Part shown: piece after piece, positions 1 to 17,709 of the stretch | How positions within the stretch are numbered: position 1 is the first letter of the stretch | How the letters are laid out: the number at the start of each line of letters is the position of its first letter | Assembly (NCBI RefSeq): GCF_009914755.1 | Contig: NC_060938.1 | Direction: 5' to 3' (one strand) | Length of the DNA stretch: 64,000 bases | From: the human T2T-CHM13v2.0 reference genome, Homo sapiens | Translations under genes and position numbers: made by a program | The notes under the pieces: model-generated | Seen by the model: the letters and a program-made list of their open reading frames with translations, nothing else | What the model was told of the DNA's origin: nothing | The model's database searches: none

Positions 1-490
1 GTCATCACTTTTGGCTTATCCTTATACTGGTATAATATTGGTATATGGTAATCATGTTAGTAATAATTACAAAATCTATTATACCCTTAGAATGTAATTT
101 TCCCTCCAATCAGAAATGTTAATAATGGAAAAGATTTGTAATGCAACTAATAGTTGCTTTACAGTATCTTATTAATTTAAGTTAAAACATATATCTGAGT
201 ACTTATGTGCTAGGCATCTCCTGGGGAATGAAGGTCATTATACTAGCAGATACTTGTATTCAAGGAGATAGTTTAAGGAAGCAAATGCATTTTTCTTAAA
301 TTTCAGTAGAATAGAGGTTATCCCCAATTAACAGGTACTGGGAGTCAGTGTGTTGTATTGGAAATAGTTTAAGACAGACCCAGATTTATTCTTGGAGGCT
401 GAGGCTTGCTCATTTACTTACTGAGAGACCTTGGGTAAGTTGCTTATCTTCTGTGAGCCCAAGTCCCCTAATGTAAAATGGGAATAAATA

Positions 491-796
491 GGCTGGGCAT
501 AGTGGCTTTCACACTTGTAATCCCAGCAGTTTGAGAGGTCAAGGCAGGAAGATCAGTTGAGCCCAGGAATTCGAGACTAGCCTGGGCAATATAGCGAGAC
601 CCTGTCTCTACAAAAAAATTTAAGAAATTATCCAGGAATGGTGGCTTGTGCCTGTTTTTTGGCTACCTGGGAGGCTGAGGTGGGAGGATCGCTTGCGCTC
701 AGGAGTTTGAGCCTGCAGGAAGCCACGAGTGTGCCACTGAACTCCAGCCTGGGCAACAGTGTGAGACCCTGTCTCAAAACAAACAAAAAAAATAAA
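491..796 (+). mobile_element. AluJ-like SINE inserted into a MIR (MIR pieces about 345-490 and 800-900)
   Basis: ggctgggcatagtggc start, dimeric structure, A-tail; flanks carry MIR core motifs. Confidence 0.85.
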
Positions 797-1069
797 ATGA
801 AAATAATAATATCTTCATTGCAGGATTGTTGAGAAGATGAGAGGAAATGTATGTATAGGGCACAGTGCTTGGTACAGGGTAGTGTTCAGTAAAGGATAGT
901 TGTTGCTGCCCTTTTAAATCATCTGTTTGGGATTAGGAACATATTTTACTTTGGATATATAGGAAACATCCCATTTGGAAACATCCCATTTAGAAACTTC
1001 TTGTGTTACAAAGTTTCCTCTCTAGATCAGTTTTCTAGATTGGGCACCAAATTCCCCCATCTCCATTTT

Positions 1070-3680
<2,611 letters not shown>

Positions 3681-5315
3681 TTGATTGTATTTTATGAAGA
3701 TGACCCTACAATCAAAATGCCTTGTATTCTGTTACACTGCTTAGTTTCTTCATTATTACTACATAAATAGCATATGGACCTAGTCTTTGGACAACATATT
3801 GAAATCTTGACAGGGATATGTCTATCTTGCCTAATATATATATATGTGTGTATACACACACACACACTTATATAAACATTTATATCTTGATATAGTACCT
3901 AAATTATTTGCTGTTGAATTACATATGTTGTAATTAATAATTATATTTCCTTAGACATTTGTATAGTTGAAATTTGCTAAGAGAGTAGATCTTAAGTATT
4001 CTCACCACAAAAAGTCAGTATGTGAGGTGATGGACATGTTGATTAGCTTTACTGTAGTAATCATTTTACAATGTATACATATAGCAAAATATCATAATCA
4101 CTTTGTAGCCTGTAAATACATAATTTATTTTTTCTCAATTTACAATTAAAAAGGGTTAAAAAATCCCATCACATTGTATATCTTGAATATGCAGCATTTT
4201 TGTCAGTTATGCCTCAATAAAACTCAAAAAATTATTTTAGAATAACTAGAGGACTGATAATTCATATATTGTTGAATGATAAGTATGTCTAAAACAATTA
4301 CCATAAGAGAAATCAGGGAGAAAATTGACTTTTTTTCTCTTAGAGAAGAAAATATACATATGTAAAATTTATTTAAATGAATAGTTATTTAGGAACCCAT
4401 GAGAGAGATTATAGGATCAATAGTTTTTAAAAATTTGCTCTTGCTTTGTGGAGATGACATTTTGACCCTGATAGTAACTAGCTGGTTGACCTAAGTTCCA
4501 TAATCTCTGTAGATGTTGGTTTCTTCATTGTCACAATGTGAAGGAGATGTATTTTATTTCCAAGACCCCCTTTTAGTTTGAACATTTCATTGTATTCTAT
4601 CTTATCCTGTCCTTATTATTAGAGAACAGAAATAATTATTTCACGTAGCTTTTACAGATTGATTTTGGATTGACTGATGAGTTTTTAAATATTATAATTG
4701 ATTTGTTTGTATTACATTTCTTCTGATTCAGTGCCCCATTTACAGTGATAATCAGTCAAATGAACAGACAGGAGCCACTGTATATTATTTGGGACTCTCT
4801 TTCTGGGTCAGATTATGCACTCTGGATTTCAGTCATCATTTCCATGGCATGATTTCCAAATGTGGCTGTAGCCTTGGCCTTTCCTTCTCAACTTTGGATC
4901 ATTTCTGTTTGCTGGGCACCTCCACCAGGGTGTCTCCACCAGAATGTCTTGCTGGCTTTTCAAACTCAATGTGCTCGAAACTGCATTTATCACTTTTTAT
5001 CTAAATATGCCTCTGCTTGTTATTGAAGCCTGACCATCTTTCTATATCATACTGGAGGGAAACCTGGGAGTAATTTTATACTCTTTTTCTCTCAGTACTC
5101 TTGACAGTCTTTATTGTCTGACACATTCTGTGCTAGGCATAAAGCATTATTGGATTGTGTTGGAGAATCCAGAACCAGTGCCTGGCACCCAGCAGTTCCT
5201 GAATGATTGAACATGTCACTTTACCTATTTAGGTTAGTTAATTGGGTCTCTTCTCCTTCCTGTAATACTTGTCACCCCTTCTTCCTGTAGGTGCCAGGGA
5301 TTTGGCTTGCTTTTA

Positions 5316-5445
5316 TCTTTTTTTTTTTTTTGAGATAGGGTCTTGCTATATTGCCCAGCTGGTCTCAAACTCCTGGCCTCAAGCAATCTTCCTGACTTAG
5401 CCTCTCTAGTAGCTGGGATTACAGGCAGTGTGCCACCACACCTGG
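5316..5445 (-). mobile_element. Alu monomer (FLAM-like)
   Basis: T-tract followed by gagatagggtcttgctatattgccc...gctgggattacaggc. Confidence 0.8.
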
Positions 5446-5594
5446 TTTGTTTGTTTGTTTATTTTTAATAACTGTCGGCTACTATTCTGTTTTCTGAGTT
5501 TGTCTTACTGGCTGGGTTGGCAGTATGTTATCTTAGCTAGCCCTTTTCCCCTGCTATGTCTTAACATATCTGTATATTTTTAAAAAGTATTTTA

Positions 5595-6008
<414 letters not shown>

Positions 6009-7164
6009 TTATGTAGTTATTCCTGAACTAATGTTTTGCATACCTTTCAATATTCCTGCTATAGCTCATATATTTAGGACAGACTTTGATAATATTCCCT
6101 TTTACTCTATGCAAAATACTGTAGAGCAGTGATTTCCAACTTTTTTTTTTTTTTTTACTATGACCTTATCATGTAAGGAATACATTTCAAACTGTGACCC
6201 TACATATACAGACACGTTTGTGTGCATGTGTATTAATATAGATAACTGAAACTAAAATTTAACAATTATTCTTCCATGTATAATACAATAAAACATATCA
6301 AAGTTAATATCAAATGTAATCTTTGTATTGCAGTATAATATGGAACAAATCCAAGATAAACAATACAAAAAACCAAGGATTTATTAATGCCACAGGTGTA
6401 CTTGCACCTTAATAAGTTCTTTTCACTCCAGAACAATTGGGAGTCATACACATCTTGTTATACTGTTTTGAAATGTGCTGTGGGGTGTGAGGAGAAAGGG
6501 AAGGTTGAAATAATTCTAAACTGTATCCTAAGGAATCAGAGGGCTGTTTGTACCCTCGTTGGTATAAAGAGGGAGGGGAAAAATAAGCTCATCTGTTTTT
6601 TTCAGGCAAATTTTGAGCCTTTATTTATTTTTTCGTTTAAGTTGACATGTAATAATTGTATGTATTTATGGGATACAGAGCATATTTCAATACATGTATG
6701 CAGTGTGTAATGATCAAATCAGAGTAGTTAGCATTCATCACCTTGAACATTTATCATTCCTTTGTGTTGTGAACATTCAGAATTCTCTCTTCTAGCTATT
6801 TGAAAATATACACTAAATTGTTGTTAATCGTATTCACCTTACACTGGTACAGAACAGCAGAACTTATTCCTCCTATCTTGCTGTATAAATTGTTGAAGAG
6901 CCACTCAAAAGGCAGTGTTCTCTATATCATTGATGATAAAGGTTTAAGCTAAAGAGGAGTTTATCTCTTCGCAAGGAACATGAAACTTTCGTATGCTGTT
7001 TTGACATGGCATTGATAATAAAGGATACATAGTGGACTTTATTAGTAAAATACCTTATTGTAACATAAATATTAAATCATGAACATAACTCTTACAAAAT
7101 TATCAACTTAGAAATCCTTTTAGGCTGTCATTTCAGCCAGTTCTTATGATGGGACTATGACCTG

Positions 7165-7375
7165 AGATGGTATGATGGCTATAGGCTATGGACTGAGAAA
7201 TCATAGGTTGGAATACTAGCTCTAATCTTTACTAGTCACATGACTTTGGGTGAATCCCATTTTTTTTCCTGAGCATCAGTAAGGATAGAAATATACCGCT
7301 CATATATTGTGATGATTAATGTGATTATGTATGTAAAGTGCCTTGTATAGCACATAGTAGGCCCTTAAATGTTAA
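7165..7375 (+). mobile_element. MIR
   Basis: MIR core (gactttgggtgaatc... gtaaagtgcctt...catagtagg). Confidence 0.6.
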
Positions 7376-8584
7376 CTTTTCTGTTACTCTTTCTTTGGTC
7401 CTACTAAAAAATATTATTTGTTTCTCTATGGTCTTAAGCATGAAGACTATAATCAGGTTTGAATGGTTTTCTACATAAACCTTTTAAGGCAATGTTTTAA
7501 AGATTTAACATTATTAAGAATTTCATTTTACAGGACTAACATATGGAAATATGCTATATTTGAAAAATTACTGATGTTAGGGATTGGTATTCAATATCTT
7601 CTGCTTAAGCTTCTTGTGTCCCTCTATCAGTCATCTTTGCCTTACAAGAAGGTTTTGTCTTTCTTGGAAGGTTAATTCTCTAAGGTAATCATTTAATTTA
7701 TTTTGTTCTATTCATTAAAACAAACTGTTTAATAATTTAATTTGAGTAAGGAAATAATTAACTATCAACTATGTAAAGTTTAGTTTTTATTGTGAACTCA
7801 AAGCAAGGCTTTGTGGCATCTGCTTTATTGTTATAAATTCAAGCACAGTATCAGCAGCTTATGAGTTATATTTTGGATTTTAAGTGAGAGCTGCTAGGAG
7901 TAGGATCACTGGCTCTCTATAACTACAAACATTTGATATCCTGCACATAGTTGAACAGTAGCAAAGCTGGAGTTCTCAGATATAGTACTGACTGATTATG
8001 TCACGTCATCATTTTTGGATAGCATCTGCTCATCTCCTCTCTCTTGTCTAAGTGGTTTAGGATTAAACAAATTATGAGGGTGTCCAGGCTAGGAAAAGAG
8101 GACTTTGTGCTATGTAGCCAAAATTTTTAGTGTGTGAATCTATCTTCCTTATTAGATTTTAAGTTCTTAGAGGTAGGAGCAAGGTACAAGAATAGATGAA
8201 GATAATATTGTTAGTACCTGGATTTATTCTAACATGTGGCTTATTCTTCGTGGAGGAGGGCAAGGATTTCATAAACTAGCACAGGTAGCCTCATTTTGAG
8301 AGATCAAAGATGTTTCTGAAAATGCTTTAGGCAATATCGTAAACTAAGAATTTCTGGTTCCTTTCTTGATTGCAACAAATTGGTTATCATTTTGTGTTTT
8401 TGTCTAGCATCATTGATCATTGAGGACAAACTTTTTTTTTTAACCATATGTTTTTTAAAAGCATTAAGCAGCAAAGTTACACAGTTTTCTCTAGCAGTGC
8501 TGCATAGCTTAGGAGCAGGAGTGGGATAGGAAAAGCTGATAGATGTGTTTGGTATTGTCTGGATGCACAGTTTGGACAGGAGTC

Positions 8585-8800
8585 AGTGTAGTATAGTGGT
8601 TGGTATGAGTTTTGGAGTAGTACAGGCTGCATAACTTTAGGCAAGTACCTTAATTTCTCTAAGCTCTAATTTCCCCATCTACAACATGGGATAATAATAA
8701 TATCTACCTACCTTATAAAATTAGTATGATAATTAAATAAGATGAATGCAAGTAAGGTGCTTATTTATTAGCACAATGCCTGGCTTATAGTATATTAGAT
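8585..8800 (+). mobile_element. MIR
   Basis: actttaggcaagtaccttaatttctctaagc...catggggataataata. Confidence 0.7.
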
Positions 8801-9884
8801 GCTATTTTTATTTTGTTGTGATTAGAAGGAGGTTATTAAAGTAAGGTTATTGGCGAGAATCTAATTGAAATAATAGGGAGGTTCAGGCTGGCAAGGAGGA
8901 AAGTGAAACTAGGAAGAATGTTAGGTACTGGAGAATAAGAAGGTTAATAGGTTAGAAATGTGATGAGGGTGAAATGTAGGCTTAGCAATAGAAAAGTAGA
9001 AAAATAAGAGTTAATGGCCAATAAGTGAGATCACAGCTTGAGATTCTAGAGATGGAATATTTCCAGATAATATCCAGCCTTTGACAAAAGGAATGGGTTG
9101 CTGATATGAAGTGAAGATGAATTCATTTTAACAAATATTTATGAAGCCTTTACCGTGTGCTGCTTTGCTAGGCACTGGGGAATGTCACATTTGGGTAAAA
9201 CATCCTTGGATTACAGGAAATCAGAAACCAGCTGTTGGTCACTCACCTGAATGAAAAAGTTTACCATGACAATGGCAGAAGCTGGGACAACAAGAAAGAC
9301 TATAAAACTTATTGTATCTAAGAATACTTCAGTGGATTGACTTGTTTTTCATTGGCATAAGATTTTACTATAAATGGCTCTAAAATAGGTGCATCTCCCA
9401 GTAGGGATAAAATAATTAGTAACATTAATTTAGAGTTTAAAAGATAGGTGTCCTAAATTCATTTATTTAACTAGTCTTGTTTTTTTCAGCTTTCCTTTTT
9501 AGCCACTAGTGTACAGATTAGATGATTAACCCAATTCTTTTTAGTTTTAGAGGAATGGTTTGTTGAGTGGGCTTGTGTTCATTTTGTTTCTGAGTAAGTA
9601 TCCTAGAAAAGGAGCATGTCCCAAAGAATAGCACAACTGGGGCAAAAAGGAGCAGCTCAAGTTGTAACCATGATGATTGTTTCCTGTGCCGGCTTTTCAA
9701 TAGGAAGTTGTAGATTTTAAAATCTGGGAAGCTGGGAAGCTTACTTTGAAACAAAAAGAATAATGTTGATCAAATATTTAAAAATTACATGTGTGCTATA
9801 AAGCAGCAAGAAAGTGAAATCCTGTATGCCATTTTTTTGGGTTTCTTCTAGTCAGTGATGGTAGCATAGATCCACACATACTTG

Positions 9885-10040
9885 TTTTTTTTGTTTTCTT
9901 TTGTTTGTTTTTTTCTTAAGAGATAGAGTCTGGCTGTGCTGGTCAGGCTGGACTTGAATGCCTGGGCCTGAGCTGGAGTGATCTTCCTCTCTTAGTCTCT
10001 TGACTAGCTGGGACTATAGGCGCAGTACCCCACACCGGGC
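9885..10040 (-). mobile_element. Alu monomer (FLAM-like)
   Basis: T-rich tail followed by a diverged antisense Alu left arm. Confidence 0.7.
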
Positions 10041-10477
10041 AATACTTGGTTCATTTATACTGATTATGACTAAAGTCAGCAGAACAAAACAACATGTTCA
10101 CAGCCCCAAGAAATTCCCAGGCATGCAAGTTAAGAACTCCCATTTTAATGCAAGCCAAGTCTAGTCAGTGACCCTTTTGTCTGATACACAACCTTTTCAC
10201 AAACTCCTTATACTTTTCTCTAATGTACATTTAAGTAGACTTACATGTTATTCCATCTCTGCTATTTTTTTTCCATATTACTTTTAACATCATTATGAGG
10301 AGCCCAGTAGCCAGGACTAACAGAAGTTGTGAACATATGCAGTCTACTGTCAGATGGACCTTCCGCTTCATTTGGGCAAACTGCTACTGTGCACTTGGCT
10401 CATTTCACTCACATCTAAAAAATGTTAAGATTCTGCAGTCTCCTTTTCCTCTTTTTTGTTTTTGACTGTCCTTCTAC

Positions 10478-10666
10478 CATAGTGACTCTCACTGTGTGAT
10501 CCCCAGTAGTATCACCTGGAAACTTCTTAGAAACTTCTTAGAAATCAAGTTCCCAGGCCTAAACAAGACCAACTGAACCAGAATCTCTGGGGGTGGGACC
10601 CAGTTTTAACAAGCCCTGTACAAGTGGATTCCGACACATGCTGAAGTTTGAGAACCGCTGCTCTAG
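10478..10666. mobile_element. MER5A-like hAT DNA transposon
   Basis: atcacctggaaactt...agaatctctgggggtgggacccag...ttgagaaccgctg. Confidence 0.75.
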
Positions 10667-10811
10667 CATGTTGTAGTTACCAACCTGTATACATTTTCTT
10701 GATGTCACTGACTTAATATATTTCTGCTAAGCTCAACATATATGTTGAACTGTGGCCAGTAATTAATGTTGGTGGTTTCATGTGGCTCAACTAATATTTG
10801 CTTTGTCTAAA

Positions 10812-11020
10812 CCAGGATTTCTTAGACATATTTTGTTGAGATATTGACATTCTTTGTTGTAGGCAGCTGTCTTGTGCATTGTAGGATGTTTAGTGTCATC
10901 TCTGGCTTCTACCTACTAGATTACAGTAGTATTTCCTAAATGATGATTAAAAAAAAATGTCCCTAGACCATGAGTAGAGGGGAGGGGAAGGGGGAGATCA
11001 CTCCTGGTTGAGAACCACTA
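10812..11020. mobile_element. MER20-like hAT DNA transposon
   Basis: ctgtcttgtgcattgtaggatgtttag...ctggttgagaaccact. Confidence 0.75.
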
Positions 11021-11512
11021 GCTAACCCAGTTTCTTTTCCTTCAAACTCATAATACCCAATGTACTACCCATAATGTATCAGTTTTTCTCCCTGGGTAGG
11101 AAAAGGGCCAGATATAAATTAATTATAGAAATTAAAGATTATGGTGATTATAATTTTTTATAATTTTACAAAATTTATATTTCTTTTTATGTTTTTTCAT
11201 GTCCTATTTATAGTGAGCAATATCACCCTATAGACTAGTATTATTTGCTTTCCTTGTATCTTATTGCTGTGAAAGTCTAATGATAATTTGCTTTTCTTTT
11301 TGTTCCTAAGTAACTTGCTTATTTTGCTTGGATGCCCAAAGGATTTTTCTTTTTCTTTAAGATTCAACAGTAAATCTCAGTATTGGTTATATTGGATTGA
11401 TTTTCTCAGGTTTGTGGTATGTGCTTTTGAATCTTTTTTTTTTTTTTTTGACTTAAAAAAAATTCCTTCCCTTGCTTTGGTTTTGGTTTTCTTCTTCAGG
11501 AACTCCTATTGA

Positions 11513-11902
<390 letters not shown>

Positions 11903-14523
11903 TAAAAATTTTTCTTCTTTTCACCTTTTATTTCTCTTGAAGTATTATTGTGTTTATTCATCTTTTTCTTCTTTCTAATTTAGTCTTTTTTGAAATATTT
12001 TCTTCTAATTCTTTCCTGAGTTCTATCACTTCATTTCTGAGTTTTCATAATTACGATTCATGTGTTTTTTCATATCTTACACATTAAAAATTTCTTTGCT
12101 TGTGGAGAAATAGTAGGTTATAGTTACCTGTAGTTTGCGTATGTCTTTCATGGTCTTTGGGAATATTAGTCTGCTCCTTATTCTCTCTTTAAAAATTAAC
12201 TATCCGTGTAATTTAATCATGATCCTTATTTTTCATTTTTATGTGAAATTAGTTTTCATAAACCTTAGGAGGTGTGGTTCAGGATAGCTTTTCTAATTTC
12301 AGGGCTCTAGAGCTCCCTTTTTTGTTGTTTTGTATAGTGTTCGAATTAGGATACCTTACTTTGTGAGGTTTCTCGGTTCTGTTTCTCTCCTGTACTTTTA
12401 TGTGGACCTTCTTGTTGTTCCTCTGCTGCTCAATTTGGATTCTGTTTCCCAGAATTTTTCTTCATCTTGGGTCTTTGTTCTAGAAGTTTTGAAAGTTCAT
12501 GGGGATAAGACTGCTTGGTCCTCTCAGATGTTACTATGGACTTGAATTCATCAGCTGTTGGAGGATACAAAACCATTTGCAGTTTTAGCTGCCATTCACA
12601 CGTGGCATGCATTTTTGGTTTGTGTGGGAAATCTTATCACGTAGTTATGGTGTAGATGTTATGCATGGTTTATTTTATTTATTTTGTTTAATTTTATTAT
12701 TTTTGTCCTAGTTGCTCTGTTTTTAATGAGGGATTCAGGAAATTTTAAAAAATGATGTGTTCACTGCTGCCATCTTCATAGGGGTACTTTCATCAGTCTT
12801 TTTGTATTTATATACTTTATTTTGCACCAGTTTATTGAGGTATTGATGTACAGTAAACTACATATATTTAAAATGGGGAATTTGATGACTTTTCACATAT
12901 GTGTATTCCCATGAAACCCTCACCATGATCAAGATAATAAGCATATCCACCTCCGAAAATTTCCCCATGTCCCTTTTGTAACCCAGCTTTCATTCTCCTT
13001 TCCTCATTCCCAGGCAAAAACTGCTTTCTGCCACTATAGTTCAGTTTGTATTTTCTGTGATTTTCTGTAAGTGAAAACATACAGTAGTATTATTTTTTTT
13101 GTATGGCTTCTTTCATTCAGTGTAATTGTTTTGAAGTTTATCCATGATTTTGTTCATTTCTTTTTATTGCTATATGGATATATCACTGTATGGAATATAA
13201 TAATTTGATTATCCACTTGTTAGTGAACATCTGGATTGTTTTATGTATTACAAACAAAGCTGCTATAAATATTTACATTAAAGTGTTTATGTGAACATAT
13301 GCTGTTATTTCCCTTGGATAAATGTCTAAGTATGGAATATCTGGGTGGTTTGGTAGGTGTATGTGTATCCTTTAAAGAAATTGTCAAACTTTTCCAAAAT
13401 GATCGTATTATTTTATATTCCATCAGTAGTATGTGAAAGGACCATTACTCCTCATCCTTGCCAACATTTGGCACGTTGAGTCCTTATAATTTTAGTTATT
13501 TTAGTGAATGTGTAGTGATATCTCATTGTGGTTGTAATGTAATTTTACCTAACAATTAAAATTTTGTTGAGCATTTTAAGATGTATTTATTTGCCATTTT
13601 TATATTTTCTTTGGTGAGGTGTTCAAATCTTTTGTCTGCTTTTTATTGGATGTTCTTACTCTTGTAGTTAAGAATTCTGTATATATTCTAGATACAAGTT
13701 GTTTGCTAAATATTTATTTTGCAAATATTTTATGCCAGTCTATGGCTTACATTTTCATTTTTGTAACAGTGCCTTTGAAAAACAAACATTTTTAATTGTG
13801 ATGAAGTTTATTTGGTTGATTTTTAAATTTTTTATACTTTACCTTTTGTGTTTTCTTCAAGAAATCTTGTCAAACCCAAGGTCACTAAGATTTTCTGCTG
13901 TTTTCTTCTAGAAGTTTTACATTATTGGCTCTTAAATTCAGGCCTGTGATCCACTTTGAATTAAATTCTGTTTATTGTTTCAGGTTGAGGAGAGACTCAT
14001 TGTGTTTGTATACGGCTATTTAATTGTCCCACCACCACTTGTTGAAAAGATTATCATCTCCTCATTGAGTTGTCGTTTCACCTTTTTAAAAACTCAATTG
14101 CGCATTTATGTTTGGGTCTATTTCTGGACTTTCTGTTCTTTTCCATTGATCATATGCCAGTATTGCACGACATTGTCTGTTGTAGCTCTACTGTTGTAGC
14201 TCTGTGATAGGTTTTAAAATCAAACCTGCTAGTATTAGCCCTACAACTTTGTTTTTGTCAGATTTGTTTTAGCTATTCTATATCCTTTGCATTTCCATAT
14301 AGATTTTAGAATAAGCTTGTTCATTTCTGCAGAAAGCCTACTGGGTTTTAGAAGGGGATCATATTGAATCTGTCTTCAATTTGTGAGATTGACATCTTAA
14401 CAGTATTGAGTCTTTGATACTTGAATATATTTAGTTCTTCTTTATTTCTCTCAGCATGTTCTGTAATTTTTGGTCTACAAATCTTAAACATCTTTTGTCA
14501 AGTTTTCTAAATATATTTCATAT

Positions 14524-15361
14524 TGAAATAGGAAAAGTTCCCCAGACCGCTCGCAGGGCGTGCAGTGGGGGAGTGGCGTGCTTCTTTGGTGCCCCACTGC
14601 TCAAACCTCTAGGGGGAGCATGCAGACGGGCAGGTTGTGGGGCTCTGACCCCATGGCAGTGTCTAGAGGTAGATGTTTAGAGCTCCCGAAGTCCCAGTGG
14701 GCATGTGTTACAGGGTGCTCTTTCAGTTTTGCTGTCCGTAGGCGGCTTGTGTTAGTCAGCTCAATTAGACCCTTGCCTTATTGCAAGGTCAGAGGGCTTT
14801 CTGTATCTCGGGGTTTCTTGCCTTGGTGTACTGGAAGAATCGGATCACACGTGGACTTGGAGAATAAGTGCAAGGTTGTATTGAGTAGAAGTAGCTCTCA
14901 GCAGATGGGGGAGCCAGAAGAGAGACAGAGTGGAAAGGTAGTTTTCCCCTGGAGTCGGGCTGCTTAGCAGCCCGTGCTCTCCTCTGACTGCCCCAGCCAA
15001 ACTCCACCTCATTCCAGGGGTTGATGGCTTGCGGACCTGCCAGTGCCTGTTATTGTGCTCTTATGCGGATGCGCTCCTCTTGACGGCCTCTTAACATCTA
15101 GCTGCGTGTGTTTTCTTCCGCTGGAGTGTTCCTTTCCACGTCCAGCCACTTGCGTCTCTGCCTGCTAGGGTCTTGGGGTTTTTATAGGCACAGGATGAGG
15201 GTGTGGTGGGCCAGGGTGGTCTTGGGAAATGGCAGAATTTGGACGTGAAGGCAGGAGTTCCTGTCCTCACCTAGGTCCGTGGGCACAGGCCCAGGGGTGG
15301 TACCCTAGTCAGGGAACAGCCCTTCCCTTCCCGGCACTTCCCTGCACCCCCTCCCATATCA
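14524..15361 (-). mobile_element. Solo ERV1 LTR, LTR1/LTR28/MER52-like, 838 bp, TG...CA ends, 4-bp TSD ATAT
   Basis: minus strand starts tgatatgggagggggtgcagggaagtgccggg; ATAT on both sides; GC-rich. Confidence 0.8.
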
Positions 15362-15663
15362 ATATTGTTATGTTAATGTAAATTAGATTACTTTTAAAAT
15401 TATAATTTATATTTCTTTTCTATTATATGGAGAATATAATATATAAAAGTAGAGATACTTTTATATATTGACCTTGTATTCTGCATACTGCTAGACTCAC
15501 TTATTCTAGCCATTTTGTAGATTATTTAGGATATTCACCATAGACAACTATGTTGTTTGTGAATAAAGATAATTAAACTTCTAATCTGTAAGTCCTTTAT
15601 TTCCTTTTCTTGCCTTATTGCACTGGCTCAGAGCTCCAACACAGTGTTGGATAGTGGTAATGG

Positions 15664-17709
15664 CCTAGTTTCAATAGGTTGGTACCAATTCTTCTTTGAA
15701 TGTCTGATAGAATTCAGCTGTGAATCTGTCTAGTCCTGGATTTCTCTTTGTTGGCAATTTTTAAATTACAATTTCAATCTTGCTGCTTGTTATTGGTCTG
15801 TTCAGAGTTTCTATTTCTTCCTGGTTTAATCTAGGAGGGTTGTATACTTCCAAGAATGTATCCATCTTCTCTAGGTTTTCTACTTTGTGTGCATAAAGGT
15901 GTTCCCAGTAGCCTTGAATGATCTTTTGTATTTCTGTGGTATTGGTTGTGATATCTCCCGTTTCATTTCTAATTGAGCTTATTTGGATCTTCTCTCTTCT
16001 TGGTTAATCTCGCTAGTGGTCTATCAATGTTGTTTATCTTTTCAAAGAACCAGCTTTTTGTTTCACTTATCTTTTGTATTTTTTTTTTGTTTCCCTTTCA
16101 TTTAGTCCTGTTCTGATCTTTGTTACTTCTTTTCTTCTGCTGGGTTTGGGTTTGGTTTGTTGTTTCTCTAGTTCCTTGAGGTGCGACCTCAGCTAGTCTA
16201 TTTGTGCTCTTTCAGACTTTTTGATGTAGACATTTAATGCTATGAACTCTCCTCTTAGCACCGCTTTTGCTCTATCCCAGTGATTTTGGTAAGTTGTGTC
16301 ACTATTATTCAGTTGAAAGAATTTTTTAATTTCCATCTTGATTTCATTGTTGACTCAATGATCATTCAGGAACACATTATTAAATTTCCATGTATTTGCA
16401 TGGTTTTGAGGGTTCCTTTTGGAGTTGATTTCCAATTTTATTCCACTGTGGTCTCAGAGAGTACTTAATGTAATTTTGATTTTCTTAAATTTATTGAGAC
16501 TTGTTTTGTGGCCTATCATATGGTCTTTCTTGGAGAATATTCCATGTGCTGATGAATAGAAAGTGTGTTCTTCAGTTGTTGGGTAGCATGTTCTGTAGAT
16601 CATCTGTTAAGTTCATTTGTTCTAGGGTATAGTTTAAGTCCATTGTTGCCTTGTTGACTTTCTGTCTTGATGACCTTTCTAGTACTGTCAGTGAGGTATT
16701 GAAGTCCCCCACTATTATTGTGCTGCTGTCTTAGGTCTAGTAGTAATTGTTTTATAAATTTGGGAGCTCCAGTGTTAGGTGTATATATATTTAGGATTGT
16801 GATATTTCACTGTTGGACAAGTCCTTTTTATCATTATGTAATGCCCCTCTTTGTCTTTTTAAACTGCTGTTGCTTTAAAGTTTGTTTTGTCTGATGTAAG
16901 AATAGCTACTCCTGCTCACTTTTGGTGACCGTTTGCATGGAATATCTTTTTCTACCCCTTTACCTTAAGTTTATGTGAGTCCTTATGTGTGTTTGGTGAG
17001 TCTCTTGAAGACAGCAGCTGGTTGGTGAATTCTTATCCATTCTGTGATTCTGTACCTACTAGGTGTCTACCCAGAGGAAAAGAAGTCATTATATGAAAAA
17101 GATGCTTGCAAATGCATGTTTGTAGCAGTACAATTTGCAGTTGCTAAAATATGGAACCAGCCCAAATGCCCATCAGTCAATGAGTAGATAAAGAAAATGT
17201 GTGTGTGTATATATATAAATATATATATATACATATATATACACACTCACCATAAAAAGGAACAAAATATTGGCATTTGCAGCAACCTTGATGGAGACTA
17301 TTATTCTAAGTGAAGTAACTCAGGAATGGAAAAGCAAACATCGTATGTTCTCACTTATAAGCAGGAGCTAAGCTATGAGGACGCAAAGGCATAAGAATGA
17401 TACAGTGGACTTTGGGGACCCTGGGGAAAGGGTGTGAGGGGTGTGAGGGGTAAAAGACTACACACTGGGTACAGTGTACACTGCTTGGGTGATAGGTGCA
17501 CCAAAATCTCAGAAATCACCGCTGAAGAACTTATTCATATAACCAAACACCACCTGTTCCCCAAAAACCTATAGAAATAAAGTGCTTAGATACGAATCTA
17601 AGAAAATGTGTGTAAGATCTGTTTGTTAAAAATTACATAAAACTGAATAAATTATTCAAAGATATAAATAAACAAAGATAAATATTGTGTTTATGGATTA
17701 AAATAAAGA
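15664..17709. mobile_element. 5'-inverted L1 (L1PB/old L1PA-like): antisense ORF2 15664-~17055, sense 3' end ~17056-17580, extra 3' segment; TSD agtggtaatgg
   Basis: orientation switch at about 17056; 11-bp duplication at 15653-15663 and 17710-17720. Confidence 0.8.

Noticed and set aside
962-996. 15-bp tandem duplication (gaaacatcccattt); similar aaacttcttag x2 near 10519
   Set aside because: Ordinary slippage micro-duplications.
14456-15007. ORFs of up to 135 aa in the GC-rich segment
   Set aside because: Chance ORFs within the solo LTR.
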